Virus record (IMG/VR): IMGVR_UViG_3300025518_000031
Location: 1 to 45,401 of that record
Strand: one strand, 5' to 3'
From: a virus
Lineage: Duplodnaviria; Caudoviricetes
Length of the DNA: 45,401 bases
The notes beneath the pieces are model-generated. The model was not told the origin of the DNA and made no database searches. It saw nothing but the letters and a program-made list of their open reading frames with translations. Positions 36,878 through 45,401 of the stretch are shown piece by piece. Each line of letters starts with the position of its first letter. Within the stretch, counting starts at the first letter, position 1. The position numbers and the translations under genes are program-made.

Positions 36878-37510
36878 ATGAAGCGCTATTTGTTTCGTTT
36901 CGCGCCGGAAGAGGGAAAGCGGGTGGCCAGTATCAGGGTTGACACCGTAATGTCTGACGCCGTTGGCTTTTTTTCCTTTACCGACGTGATGCTCCAGGAA
37001 GGAAAGCATTTAACCGGCTACTCCCAAAACACCAAGGAGATGCTGCAAAAACTGCGGGAGAACGGCAGCCCGTCCCCGCCAAAGCACTACAACGCCGTGG
37101 TGCGGGGCGCTAAAACCTTGATTATCCCCAACCGCGGCGCCTACTGGGCGGTGGAGCCGGGGGCGGTAATCGTGCCCACGGCCCTGGACTTTCACATAAT
37201 GGCAAAGGAAAACTTAAGCAAAGGCGTCGCCTTGGGGCAGGACCGGCTGACCAGGCTTTTTTATTTCCCGCAAGCGCTGGCGAGCAACCAGGAGTTAGCG
37301 GTTATCGGCACTGAGCGGCGGGTATTGCAAAACGGCAGCCCCGTTCAGTTTAAAGGGCGGTTCCTCTATGCCGCCTGGGGGAATCCCCGCTTCCCTGTTA
37401 CTCTGCTGGGGCTGGGCGCGGGACAGGCAACTTTGCGGCCGGAGCCTTCGGCCAGGGTGCTCGTCACACTGCAGGAATGGCAGCTGGCGGAAGGGGGGAA
37501 ACGGATATGA
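36878..37510 (+). CDS. Tail protein, N-terminus paralogous to the 61-aa protein
   Basis: KRVASIRV...GFFSFTDVMLQEG..LTGY; 210 aa, overlaps the GH18 start. Confidence 0.72.
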   Translation: MKRYLFRFAPEEGKRVASIRVDTVMSDAVGFFSFTDVMLQEGKHLTGYSQNTKEMLQKLRENGSPSPPKHYNAVVRGAKTLIIPNRGAYWAVEPGAVIVPTALDFHIMAKENLSKGVALGQDRLTRLFYFPQALASNQELAVIGTERRVLQNGSPVQFKGRFLYAAWGNPRFPVTLLGLGAGQATLRPEPSARVLVTLQEWQLAEGGKRI

Positions 37511-40017
37511 GCGGTATGCGGCAAGAAGGCCGGGGGTTTATGACCTGGTCTTTCTTAAAGACCACCCGGGCCAGGCAGGAGTGGCGGGATTACGGCGACA
37601 GGCTAACCCATATGGGGCTGTTTGATTTTCTGGTGCCCGACAACACCGGGCGGATTACCGGCGTTATCCCCGCCGCCGATTTGGAAAGGGTAGCGCGCTG
37701 GCCGCATATCACCCACCTGCTGACGGTCAGAAACGACGGCATCCTTTCCCGCTTTCGGGCCATCGTAGAGAACACCAACGGGGCGCAGGACATGTTTATC
37801 AGCGAGCTGCACCGCATTCTGGATATGTACCCTTTCGCCACCGGGGTGGATATCGACCTGGAAAAAGGGCCGAACGACAATCCGGACGGCGTGGTGGCCC
37901 TGGCGAAGAGGATCTACGATAGCATCAAGAGCCGCCCGATTCAACACTATGTGCATTGGGACTTGCCTCCCATGACCGGGGACGGCGCGCCATCCTGGGA
38001 GCGCTGGTGCGATTACCGCCGGATGGAGCCTTATTTTGATACCTGTGTGATCATGAGCTACGCCTTTGCCTGGGCGGGCAGCGCTCCCGGGCCCATCAGC
38101 CCGGTGTGGTGGATGGAGGAGATATATGACTACGCGGTAACGCGGATACCGAAGGAGAAAATCTTTCTCGGCATCCCCGGCTTCGGCTTCAACTGGCGCA
38201 TTGATAGGCGGCCCGTTCCGGGCGCTTACCGGGGCAGCGGCGGCACCTTCCTTGCCTGGCTTGGCTGGCAGCAGGGGGATTTTACATTTCACGAGCTGCA
38301 GCCGCGTCTTTCCTTTGCCGGTTTTCTGGACGAGGACAGCCAAAGCCCATACCTTCTCCCGCATATCTACGATTACCAGGAAGGGATGGACGCGGCGCGG
38401 GTTACAAGCCCCGTCTTTAAGGTTTCCGGCCAGGCAGGCCGGGTCAGGCGGAATTACCTGGTCGCCTATGAAAAAGAGCCGCGCTATGAGTTTGCCGGGC
38501 AGGTCGCGGACAGGACAGGCAGCAGCTTTGACGAGGTTTCCGGCGCTATGACGGTGGGCAGCGGCTGGATTTCCCCCAGGGCGCCCCAGCTTCTCCCCGT
38601 CCCGCCGGGTTCGCCTCCCGGGACTCAACCGGTGCTGGAAGAAGAGGGCCTGGCCCTTTTTTCTTTTGCCGTCCCCCAGGCGGGGGAATATGACCTGGCG
38701 GCAAGGGTGAATTGCCCCTGGTGGGACCGTCAGGTTTTGCAGCTGCGGCTAAACGGGACACCGCTGCAAATCGGTCCGTTTCCCGACTGGTACCCCCTCC
38801 ACCGTCGCACCCACTGGCTGAAGGCCGGACGGTTCCACTTGTCCGCCGGAAGCCACACCTTAGAGGTACACGGTGCGGGCAGTCAGTACGGAACACAGTT
38901 TTGGGGCTTTAGGGTCTGTTCGCAGTTTAATTTTAGCATGACCGGCGGCGAGGCGGAATTTACCTTCACCCCGAGGAGGCTAAAAGACGTAAACGGCACC
39001 CTCGTGCTGCCGGAGCAGTTTATCCTCACCCCCGAAGTGCTGCGAAGCGTCCCGGAGCACGCCTGGGTCTGGTATGACGACTTTAGGGACGACACGCTCG
39101 CCTTCTACAACCGCAGCGGCGGGGCCTGGAGCATGGATACAGACCCGGCAAGGCGGGTGTTAATCCAGTCCGACCAGGCAAGCGCGGACGCCCAGGCGCA
39201 CCTCTCCCACGACGGGTTTGGCGACCTGAACATCCGGGCCAGGCTGCGCATGACGGCGGGGAACGGCACCATGGGCGTGGTTTTCAAAGCCCAGGGGGTA
39301 AACGATCTGTATTTATTCCTGCTGCGGCGCGGCACGCAGACGGCGGAGCTTTGGCAAAGGCAAGGCGGGATATGGACAAGGCTGCAGCCGGACGTGGCGC
39401 AGGGCGTGAGTTTAAACACTTGGTATACGCTGCGGGTAAGAACACGCGGGAGTGAATTGCACTGCTGGGTGGGTACCACGCGGGTCTTTGCCCTGTCCGC
39501 ATCCCTGCCGACACTGGGCGGCTTCGGGCTGCGCACCAGCGGCGCCGCCTGTGAGTGCGGCCTGCTGGACGCGGGCGATCCTTATGTTTATGTACCGCAG
39601 GAGGCCCTTGACGTGGCTCTGCCGGATGGGCAAATCCAGACACTGGGGCGTATTCAGCGCAGCGGCGTGACATGGCTTGAACCGTGGGACTACTTCCGCT
39701 TTGAAGGCCCCGGGGAAGAACCGGCGACCAGGCAGGAAAGCATTTCGACAGATTTCGACTATCTGCACACTGATTCTTTCGCGGCTTTTGACAACGACAG
39801 GGCTGTTACCTTCCGGCTGCGCGACCGGGGACTGTGGCTTACCCAGTTTTTCCTGGGAGACGCAAGGGGCTTCTCCATCGCCCACTACTCCGACGCCGAG
39901 CATTTCGATATGCTGGCTAACCTGGCGAAGCACAGATGGAGGTTAAAAGGAGTTGGGTTGTGGGCGCTCGGGCACCAGGACCCGCTGGTATTTCGATTGC
40001 GTTCAGGAGTCGTTTAG
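37507..40017 (+). CDS. Tail-associated glycoside hydrolase family 18 with large inserted beta-sandwich domains
   Basis: GVDIDLE (DxDxE), IMSY, PGPISP..W, KIFLGIP; barrel completed at the C-terminus by GVGLWALG. Confidence 0.82.
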   Translation: MSGMRQEGRGFMTWSFLKTTRARQEWRDYGDRLTHMGLFDFLVPDNTGRITGVIPAADLERVARWPHITHLLTVRNDGILSRFRAIVENTNGAQDMFISELHRILDMYPFATGVDIDLEKGPNDNPDGVVALAKRIYDSIKSRPIQHYVHWDLPPMTGDGAPSWERWCDYRRMEPYFDTCVIMSYAFAWAGSAPGPISPVWWMEEIYDYAVTRIPKEKIFLGIPGFGFNWRIDRRPVPGAYRGSGGTFLAWLGWQQGDFTFHELQPRLSFAGFLDEDSQSPYLLPHIYDYQEGMDAARVTSPVFKVSGQAGRVRRNYLVAYEKEPRYEFAGQVADRTGSSFDEVSGAMTVGSGWISPRAPQLLPVPPGSPPGTQPVLEEEGLALFSFAVPQAGEYDLAARVNCPWWDRQVLQLRLNGTPLQIGPFPDWYPLHRRTHWLKAGRFHLSAGSHTLEVHGAGSQYGTQFWGFRVCSQFNFSMTGGEAEFTFTPRRLKDVNGTLVLPEQFILTPEVLRSVPEHAWVWYDDFRDDTLAFYNRSGGAWSMDTDPARRVLIQSDQASADAQAHLSHDGFGDLNIRARLRMTAGNGTMGVVFKAQGVNDLYLFLLRRGTQTAELWQRQGGIWTRLQPDVAQGVSLNTWYTLRVRTRGSELHCWVGTTRVFALSASLPTLGGFGLRTSGAACECGLLDAGDPYVYVPQEALDVALPDGQIQTLGRIQRSGVTWLEPWDYFRFEGPGEEPATRQESISTDFDYLHTDSFAAFDNDRAVTFRLRDRGLWLTQFFLGDARGFSIAHYSDAEHFDMLANLAKHRWRLKGVGLWALGHQDPLVFRLRSGVV

Positions 40018-40067
40018 GCGCTCTTACGAAGCTAAACCCCGGATACGGGGGAAGGGGGCAATTTTCA

Positions 40068-40484
40068 ATGAAAGTATTCTGGAATTGGGTACAGGCAGCT
40101 TTTACCGCCATCGGCGGTTTTCTCGGCTGGTTTTTAGGCGGGCTGGACGGGTTTCTCTATGCCCTGATTGCCTTTGTGGTAATTGACTATCTGACCGGCG
40201 TGATGCGTGCCATCATGGAGAAGAAACTATCCAGCGAGATCGGCGCCAGGGGCATCTTTAAAAAGGTGCTCATCTTTGTGCTGGTGGGCGTGGGGCATAT
40301 CGTCGACAGTCAGGTGTTTGGCGACGGCGGCGCGATCCGGACGGCGGTAATTTTTTTTTATTTGAGCAATGAAGGCATTTCCATCCTGGAGAACGCCGCG
40401 CGCGTGGGGCTGCCCATCCCCGAGAAACTCAGGACGATTTTGGGACAGCTGGGCTCCAGCGATGACGAGGGGGCAGACAAATGA
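40068..40484 (+). CDS. Holin (toxin secretion/phage lysis family)
   Basis: TM segments, IDYLTGV, LSSEIG.RGI.KK, NEGISILEN..GLPIP. Confidence 0.92.
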   Translation: MKVFWNWVQAAFTAIGGFLGWFLGGLDGFLYALIAFVVIDYLTGVMRAIMEKKLSSEIGARGIFKKVLIFVLVGVGHIVDSQVFGDGGAIRTAVIFFYLSNEGISILENAARVGLPIPEKLRTILGQLGSSDDEGADK

Positions 40485-41407
40485 ACCTGCGCAAATTAAT
40501 TTTCACGAACAACGCGTGCTACAAAGCGGGCAGGACGATTACACCAAGAGGCATCATGGTTCATTCCACCGGCGCGAACAACCCGTGGCTGCGGCGTTAT
40601 GTTGGCCCGGACGACGGTCTGCTGGGGAGAAATAGGCATAACAACCACTGGAACCAGGACAGGCCGGATGGAAGAAGTGTCTGCGTACATGCTTTTATCG
40701 GGAGGCTTGCCGACGGCTCGATTGCCACTTACCAGACTTTGCCCTGGAACCATCGCGGCTGGCACTGCGGCAGAGGCGCGAGAGGCTCCGGCAACGACAC
40801 GCACATTTCCTTTGAGATCTGCGAGGATAACCTGACCGGCGCTGCCTATTTTCGTAAAGTCTACAACGAGGCGGTGGAGCTATGTGTGTATCTATGCAAA
40901 CTTTATGGGCTAAATGAGCGGGGCATTATCTGCCACTCGGAAGGCCACCAGCTGGGCATCGCCAGTAACCATGCCGACGTGATGCACTGGTTTCCGAAGC
41001 ACGGTGAGAGCATGGATTCTTTCCGTGCCGCTGTGAGGAAAGGGTTGGCGATAAATGCGGTTCCCGCATCCATTCTGCCTTCCGCGCCGAGTGAAACCAT
41101 CTACCGTGTCCGCAAAAGTTGGGGTGACGCCAAATCCCAGATAGGCGCGTTCAGGGCGCTGGAGAATGCCAAACGCTGTGCTGACGAAAACCCCAGCTAC
41201 TTTGTCTTCGACAGCACAGGAACGATCATCTATGGCAGCGCAAGCGGTGCCGCCTACGAAATCTACACGGTAGTAAAGGGCGATTCCCTCTGGGAGATTG
41301 CGGCGGCGAAGCTGGGTAGCGGTGCAAGGTATCGAGAAATCAAGGCGCTTAATGGGCTGACCTCGGGGGTGATTATTCCGGGGCAGAAACTTAAAATCCC
41401 CAAATAG
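40481..41407 (+). CDS. Endolysin: Amidase_2 + LysM
   Basis: IMVHSTG, VHAFI, GWHCG, SFEICE, HSEG..SNHAD; C-terminal YTVVKGDSLWEIA...GQKLKIP. Confidence 0.92.
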   Translation: MNLRKLIFTNNACYKAGRTITPRGIMVHSTGANNPWLRRYVGPDDGLLGRNRHNNHWNQDRPDGRSVCVHAFIGRLADGSIATYQTLPWNHRGWHCGRGARGSGNDTHISFEICEDNLTGAAYFRKVYNEAVELCVYLCKLYGLNERGIICHSEGHQLGIASNHADVMHWFPKHGESMDSFRAAVRKGLAINAVPASILPSAPSETIYRVRKSWGDAKSQIGAFRALENAKRCADENPSYFVFDSTGTIIYGSASGAAYEIYTVVKGDSLWEIAAAKLGSGARYREIKALNGLTSGVIIPGQKLKIPK

Positions 41408-41410
41408 ATG

Positions 41411-41459
41411 AAAAAATCGCCTGCGGGGCAATATGCTCCACGGGCGATTTTCTCTTTTT
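41411..41459 (+). terminator. Intrinsic terminator after the lysis module
   Basis: AAAATCGCC...GGGC/GCTC...GGCGATTTT stem followed by CTCTTTTT. Confidence 0.7.
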
Positions 41460-41463
41460 ATAG

Positions 41464-41492
41464 GGTTCGAATCCCTCCGATTTTCTGCATAT
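41464..41492 (+). promoter_or_regulatory. Repeated promoter-like motif GGTTCGAA-N15-GCnTAT, copy 3
   Basis: GGTTCGAA 41464-41471, GCATAT 41487-41492; upstream of the HTH/recombinase module. Confidence 0.65.
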
Positions 41493-41510
41493 CGGTGGGA
41501 GGTAATGTCT

Positions 41511-41918
41511 ATGACGCGAACACCAAAGGAAAAAATTACCCAATTGCGAAGCGAAGGCTTGAGCTATTCAAAGATTGCGGCGGCGATCTCTATATCGGAA
41601 AATACGGTGAAATCATTCTGCCGCAGGAACAACCTTGGCGGTATTGCCGCCGCAAACCCTGACAAACAGGACGGACGTTGCTGCCGCCAGTGCGGGAAGG
41701 TTCTCTCACCTTCATCTCAATTGAAAACGAAGCGTTTCTGTTCGGATCACTGCCGCATGGCCTGGTGGAACGCCCATCCTGAAGCTGTTAGGCGTAAGGC
41801 TATATACAAGCTGACTTGCGCCTTTTGCGGCAGGGAATTCGAAAGCTATGGCAACAAGACACGCAAATACTGCTCCCGCGCCTGCTACGGCAAGTCAAAG
41901 GCGGTGTGCCATGAGTAA
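41511..41918 (+). CDS. HTH + Zn-finger protein
   Basis: GLSYSKIAAAISISENTVKSFCRR; CRQC..FCSDHC, CAFC..YCSRAC. Confidence 0.8.
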   Translation: MTRTPKEKITQLRSEGLSYSKIAAAISISENTVKSFCRRNNLGGIAAANPDKQDGRCCRQCGKVLSPSSQLKTKRFCSDHCRMAWWNAHPEAVRRKAIYKLTCAFCGREFESYGNKTRKYCSRACYGKSKAVCHE

Positions 41919-42066
41919 GGAACGGGCCATCATCCATTACAAGACGGCAATGGCGGTTTTTAGAATTTGGCTTGCCAAGGGTATCATCACCGAGGAAGAA
42001 CTGACAACAATTGGGGCGCTCATAGCGCAGAAATACGGCCTTTCTCCGCACAGTATATATCGCTAA
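41911..42066 (+). CDS. SHOCT-like small protein
   Basis: 51 aa with WLAKGIITEEEL. Confidence 0.7.
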   Translation: MSKERAIIHYKTAMAVFRIWLAKGIITEEELTTIGALIAQKYGLSPHSIYR

Positions 42067-42069
42067 ATG

Positions 42070-42101
42070 CTTGATATTACCGGCAACTAGAGCGAATATG
42101 T
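42070..42101 (+). promoter_or_regulatory. Repeated promoter-like motif, copy C
   Basis: CTTGATATT-N10-AGAGCGAATATGT upstream of recombinase 1. Confidence 0.55.
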
Positions 42102-42123
42102 CCTAAACGGAAGGAGGCCTTTT

Positions 42124-43419
42124 ATGGAACGAATCATCACACGAACAGCTCCATCGGTTCCATCATTCCCCAAAAGGCTAAAGGTAGCCGCCTATGCGCG
42201 GGTATCAAGCGGCAAGGACGCGATGCTTCAATCCCTCGCCGCCCAGGTAAGCTATTACAGCACGTTGATTCAAGGACGACCGGACTGGGAATATGCCGGA
42301 GTATATGCCGATGAAGCGCTGACGGGGACGATAGACAACAGGCCTGAGTTCCGGCGCATGCTCGCCGACTGCAGGGACGGCAAAATTGACATGATCATCA
42401 CCAAGTCCATTTCCCGTTTTGCTAGGAATACCGTTACACTTCTTGAGACTGTGCGGGAGTTAAAACTGCTCGACGTGGATGTATATTTTGAGGAGCAAAA
42501 CATCCACTCCATCAGCGGAGACGGGGAGCTTATGCTGACCATCCTCGCATCCTACGCACAAGAAGAAAGTCTATCGGCAAGTGAGAACTGTAAATGGCGT
42601 ATCCGCAAACAGTTTGAAAAAGGTGAACTGGCCAGCCTGCGGTTCATGTTTGGCTACCACATCGTCAAGGGCGAGGTGAAGATCGATCCCGAGCAAGCAT
42701 CCGTCGTTTACATGATTTTTGAGGACTATAGCGGCGGCATGAGCGGCGGCAAGATTGCACAGAAGCTAAGGGAAATGGGCGTAGCCACGGTTCGCGGCGG
42801 AGATTGGAATAGTGAGCGCGTGATCGCCATCCTTAAGAATGAAAAATACACCGGAAAAGCGTTGTTACAGAAAAAGTATGTCGCCGACCATTTGACAAAA
42901 AAGCTGGTCTGGAACAAAGGCCAGCTGCCGCAGTATTTGGCAGAGGGCACTCACCCGGCTATCATTGATACGGCAACCTTTGAGAGAGTACAGGCGGTCA
43001 TGGAAGAGCGGCGCAGGAGCTGCGGCGCAAAGGGCGATACCGGTAGCCGATACCCCTTCAGCGGCATCATCCGGTGCGAAAACTGCGGCAAGAAGTACAA
43101 GCGGAAGGTTACCGCCGGGAGGGCAGCCTGGCAGTGTTCCACTTTCTTAAAGGAAGGCAAAGCCGCCTGTCACGCCAAGCAGATACCGGAACGGGTTCTT
43201 TATACAACCAGCGCCGAGGTTCTCGGTCAGGAAGAATTTGATGCTGGAATCTTCATAAGAGAAATTTCTGAAATCCGGGTACCTGAGTTCAACATGCTTG
43301 TCTTTGTGTTCCGCGATGGCAGGACAACCGAAAAGGCCTGGCAGGACAGGTCGCGCCGCGAAAGCTGGACGGACGAGATGCGCCATGCGGCCAGCCAAAG
43401 AGCGAAAGGGGGGCGATAA
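42124..43419 (+). CDS. Large serine recombinase 1 (short C-terminus)
   Basis: AAYARVSS, KSISRFARN, recombinase domain NEKYTG..HPAII, Zn ribbon CENC..WQC..C. Confidence 0.92.
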   Translation: MERIITRTAPSVPSFPKRLKVAAYARVSSGKDAMLQSLAAQVSYYSTLIQGRPDWEYAGVYADEALTGTIDNRPEFRRMLADCRDGKIDMIITKSISRFARNTVTLLETVRELKLLDVDVYFEEQNIHSISGDGELMLTILASYAQEESLSASENCKWRIRKQFEKGELASLRFMFGYHIVKGEVKIDPEQASVVYMIFEDYSGGMSGGKIAQKLREMGVATVRGGDWNSERVIAILKNEKYTGKALLQKKYVADHLTKKLVWNKGQLPQYLAEGTHPAIIDTATFERVQAVMEERRRSCGAKGDTGSRYPFSGIIRCENCGKKYKRKVTAGRAAWQCSTFLKEGKAACHAKQIPERVLYTTSAEVLGQEEFDAGIFIREISEIRVPEFNMLVFVFRDGRTTEKAWQDRSRRESWTDEMRHAASQRAKGGR

Positions 43420-43420
43420 A

Positions 43421-44998
43421 ATGGCTTCAAGCGTAAGGATAATACCGGCAACCATTCGCCAAAACTCCGCCAATGGTACACATCTGAACACTAAACGAAG
43501 GACTGCGGCATATGCCAGGGTTTCCACTGATAGCGAAGAGCAGCTAACCAGCTACGAGGCGCAGGTGGACTACTATACAAAGTACATCAAGGATCGCGCG
43601 GACTGGGAGTTTGTACGGGTCTACACCGATGAGGGGATTAGCGCCACGAATACAAAGAAACGTGACGGCTTTAAGCAGATGATTGCCGATGCTCTTGACG
43701 GCAAGATTGACCTCATCATCACCAAAAGCGTATCCCGCTTCGCGAGGAACACGGTGGACAGCCTTGTGACAGTGCGCCAGCTAAAGGAAAAAGGAGTGGA
43801 GATCTACTTCGAGAAAGAGAACATTTATACGCTGGACAGCAAGGGTGAGCTTCTCATCACGATAATGTCCAGCCTTGCGCAGGAGGAAAGCCGTTCCATC
43901 TCCGAGAATGTCACTTGGGGGCAGCGCAAGCGCATGGCGGACGGCAAGGTCAGCCTGCCATACGGCCAATTTCTCGGTTATGAAAAGGGTGAGGACGGCC
44001 TGCCGAGGATTGTTGAATCCGAAGCCGAGATTGTACGGATGATATTCCGGCTGTTCATGGAAGGCAAAACACCATCGGCGATTGCCAAGCAGCTCGCTAG
44101 CCAAGGCATTCCATCGCCGGCAGGGAAAAAGAGATGGCAGGTCGCCACGGTAAAGAGCATGCTTGGAAATGAGAAATACAAGGGCGATGCCCTTTTGCAA
44201 AAAGGCTTTACAGTGGACTTCCTGACTAAAAAGCGGAAAAACAACGAGGGCGAGGTTCCGCAATACTATGTTCAAAACAGCCACCCCGCCATTATCGAGC
44301 CGGATGAGTTCGACGCGTTGCAGGCGGAAATCGAGCGGCGCAAGGGTCTCGGCAGGCCATGTGGCTGCGGCAGCCCGTTTTCGGCGAAAATAGTCTGTGG
44401 CGATTGCGGAGGGTTTTACGGCTCCAAGGTCTGGGGTTCAAACAGCAAATACCGCCGGGTAATCTGGCGGTGCAATGAGAAGTACAAAAACGATAAGCAT
44501 TGCCAAACGCCCCATGTCACGGAAGATGATATTAAACAGCGATTCCTGGTAGCGTTCAACACATTGATGGGCGGACGCGAGGAATTATTAGCCAACTGCC
44601 GCTTTGCGCAGGAGACTTTATGCGATTGCTCGGCTATTGAGGCGGAGTTAGCAGAAGTACGCCGTGAGATTGAGATTGTTACTGAACTAACAAAAAAAGC
44701 AATCTCTGAGAACGCAAGAGTCGCGGTCAGTCAGGAAGAATTCAATGGGCGGCACACCGGATACATGGAGCGGTACCGCAAAGCCTCCGAGCGGCTTGCT
44801 GAACTGGATGAGCAACGCCGGGAGCACCAGAACAAGTTCCTGATGCTCGAAACCTTCATTAAGGGTATTGAATCATGCCCAATGGTCTTAGATGAATTTG
44901 ACGATAAACTGTGGGCGGTGGCGGTTGCGAAGCTTACCATAACGATAAAAGGCAAACTGGTTTATAGATTTAAGGATGGAGCGGAAATTGAGGGATAG
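43421..44998 (+). CDS. Large serine recombinase 2 (integrase-like, with coiled coil)
   Basis: AAYARVST, KSVSRFARN, NEKYKG, CGDC..WRC..C, long coiled coil. Confidence 0.93.
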   Translation: MASSVRIIPATIRQNSANGTHLNTKRRTAAYARVSTDSEEQLTSYEAQVDYYTKYIKDRADWEFVRVYTDEGISATNTKKRDGFKQMIADALDGKIDLIITKSVSRFARNTVDSLVTVRQLKEKGVEIYFEKENIYTLDSKGELLITIMSSLAQEESRSISENVTWGQRKRMADGKVSLPYGQFLGYEKGEDGLPRIVESEAEIVRMIFRLFMEGKTPSAIAKQLASQGIPSPAGKKRWQVATVKSMLGNEKYKGDALLQKGFTVDFLTKKRKNNEGEVPQYYVQNSHPAIIEPDEFDALQAEIERRKGLGRPCGCGSPFSAKIVCGDCGGFYGSKVWGSNSKYRRVIWRCNEKYKNDKHCQTPHVTEDDIKQRFLVAFNTLMGGREELLANCRFAQETLCDCSAIEAELAEVRREIEIVTELTKKAISENARVAVSQEEFNGRHTGYMERYRKASERLAELDEQRREHQNKFLMLETFIKGIESCPMVLDEFDDKLWAVAVAKLTITIKGKLVYRFKDGAEIEG

Positions 44999-45209
44999 TA
45001 ACACAGCCTGTAAACGGTTTTTTCGGTTTGCTGGCTATGCGACGCATCAGGTCCCCACAGTTCGAAAACCCTCGCAGGTCTTCAAAAAATGAAGTATAAT
45101 AATATAGTAAGTAATTGGAAGCGGCACGATAAGGTTTTTCTCTGACGGACCGAACTGGGTTAAAGCGTATTGGAGAAAGCAGATTGATGAAGTATGGAGA
45201 TGGTAAATA

Positions 45210-45401
45210 ATGAGTTTGAAAAAGTGTCCATGTTGTGAAAAAATTACGCTTGACGCAGAATCGCTGTATGAAGTGTGTAGTAACTGCGGATGGGAAGACG
45301 ATCCAATCCAAAAGGATGATCCTGATTTTCCCGGGGGTGCAAATGAAATGAGTTTGAATCAAGCAAGGAAAGCTTACCGGGAAGGAAGAAGTGTCCAATA
45401 A
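45210..45401 (+). CDS. Cysteine-rich CPCC domain protein
   Basis: KCPCC, EVCSNCGWEDD, GGAN.MSL.QAR. Confidence 0.8.
   Translation: MSLKKCPCCEKITLDAESLYEVCSNCGWEDDPIQKDDPDFPGGANEMSLNQARKAYREGRSVQ

Larger units (their letters stand above)
1..44998. mobile_element. Temperate siphovirus-type prophage (HK97 head, non-contractile tail, serine recombinases); boundaries not determined
   Basis: Ordered replication, packaging, head, tail, lysis and integration modules on the + strand; no att repeats identified; left end probably lies outside the window. Confidence 0.93.

Noticed and set aside
41462-41476. AGGG-TTCGAAT-CCCT looks like a tRNA T-arm (also partly at 6928-6943)
   Set aside because: No acceptor stem, anticodon arm or CCA; better explained as the repeated GGTTCGAA-N15-GCnTAT motif, whose first copy cannot form the arm

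Overview
Nearly the whole window is one temperate siphovirus-type prophage of a Bacillota (probably Clostridia) host. The + strand runs in this order: sigma-like regulator; PolA/SSB/Cas4-like/VirE/SNF2 replication module; late activator; HNH-terS; two ParB-methyltransferases; an amidoligase/GGCT cassette; terL, portal, ClpP, HK97 capsid; a non-contractile tail with a GH18 tail protein; holin and endolysin; two large serine recombinases. An Ll.LtrB-like group II intron (23543-26003) splits the ClpP gene just after the catalytic His-Asn, and its EBS/IBS pairing is intact. Two AT-rich morons have their own promoters and terminators: a Gre-like factor and a MUG/UDG-like glycosylase. No CI repressor is visible. 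In its place, divergent from the early operon, is an ABC-three-component (Lamassu-like) operon whose effector looks like HTH + inactivated HNH. Next to it are operator-like repeats and a two-state RNA structure that hides the RBS of the phage sigma gene. Two families of repeated promoter-like motifs occur three times each. The SNF2 helicase has a 5-nt insertion in Walker A. No att sites, tRNAs or CRISPR arrays were found. All family calls come from motif recognition by eye, not database searches.
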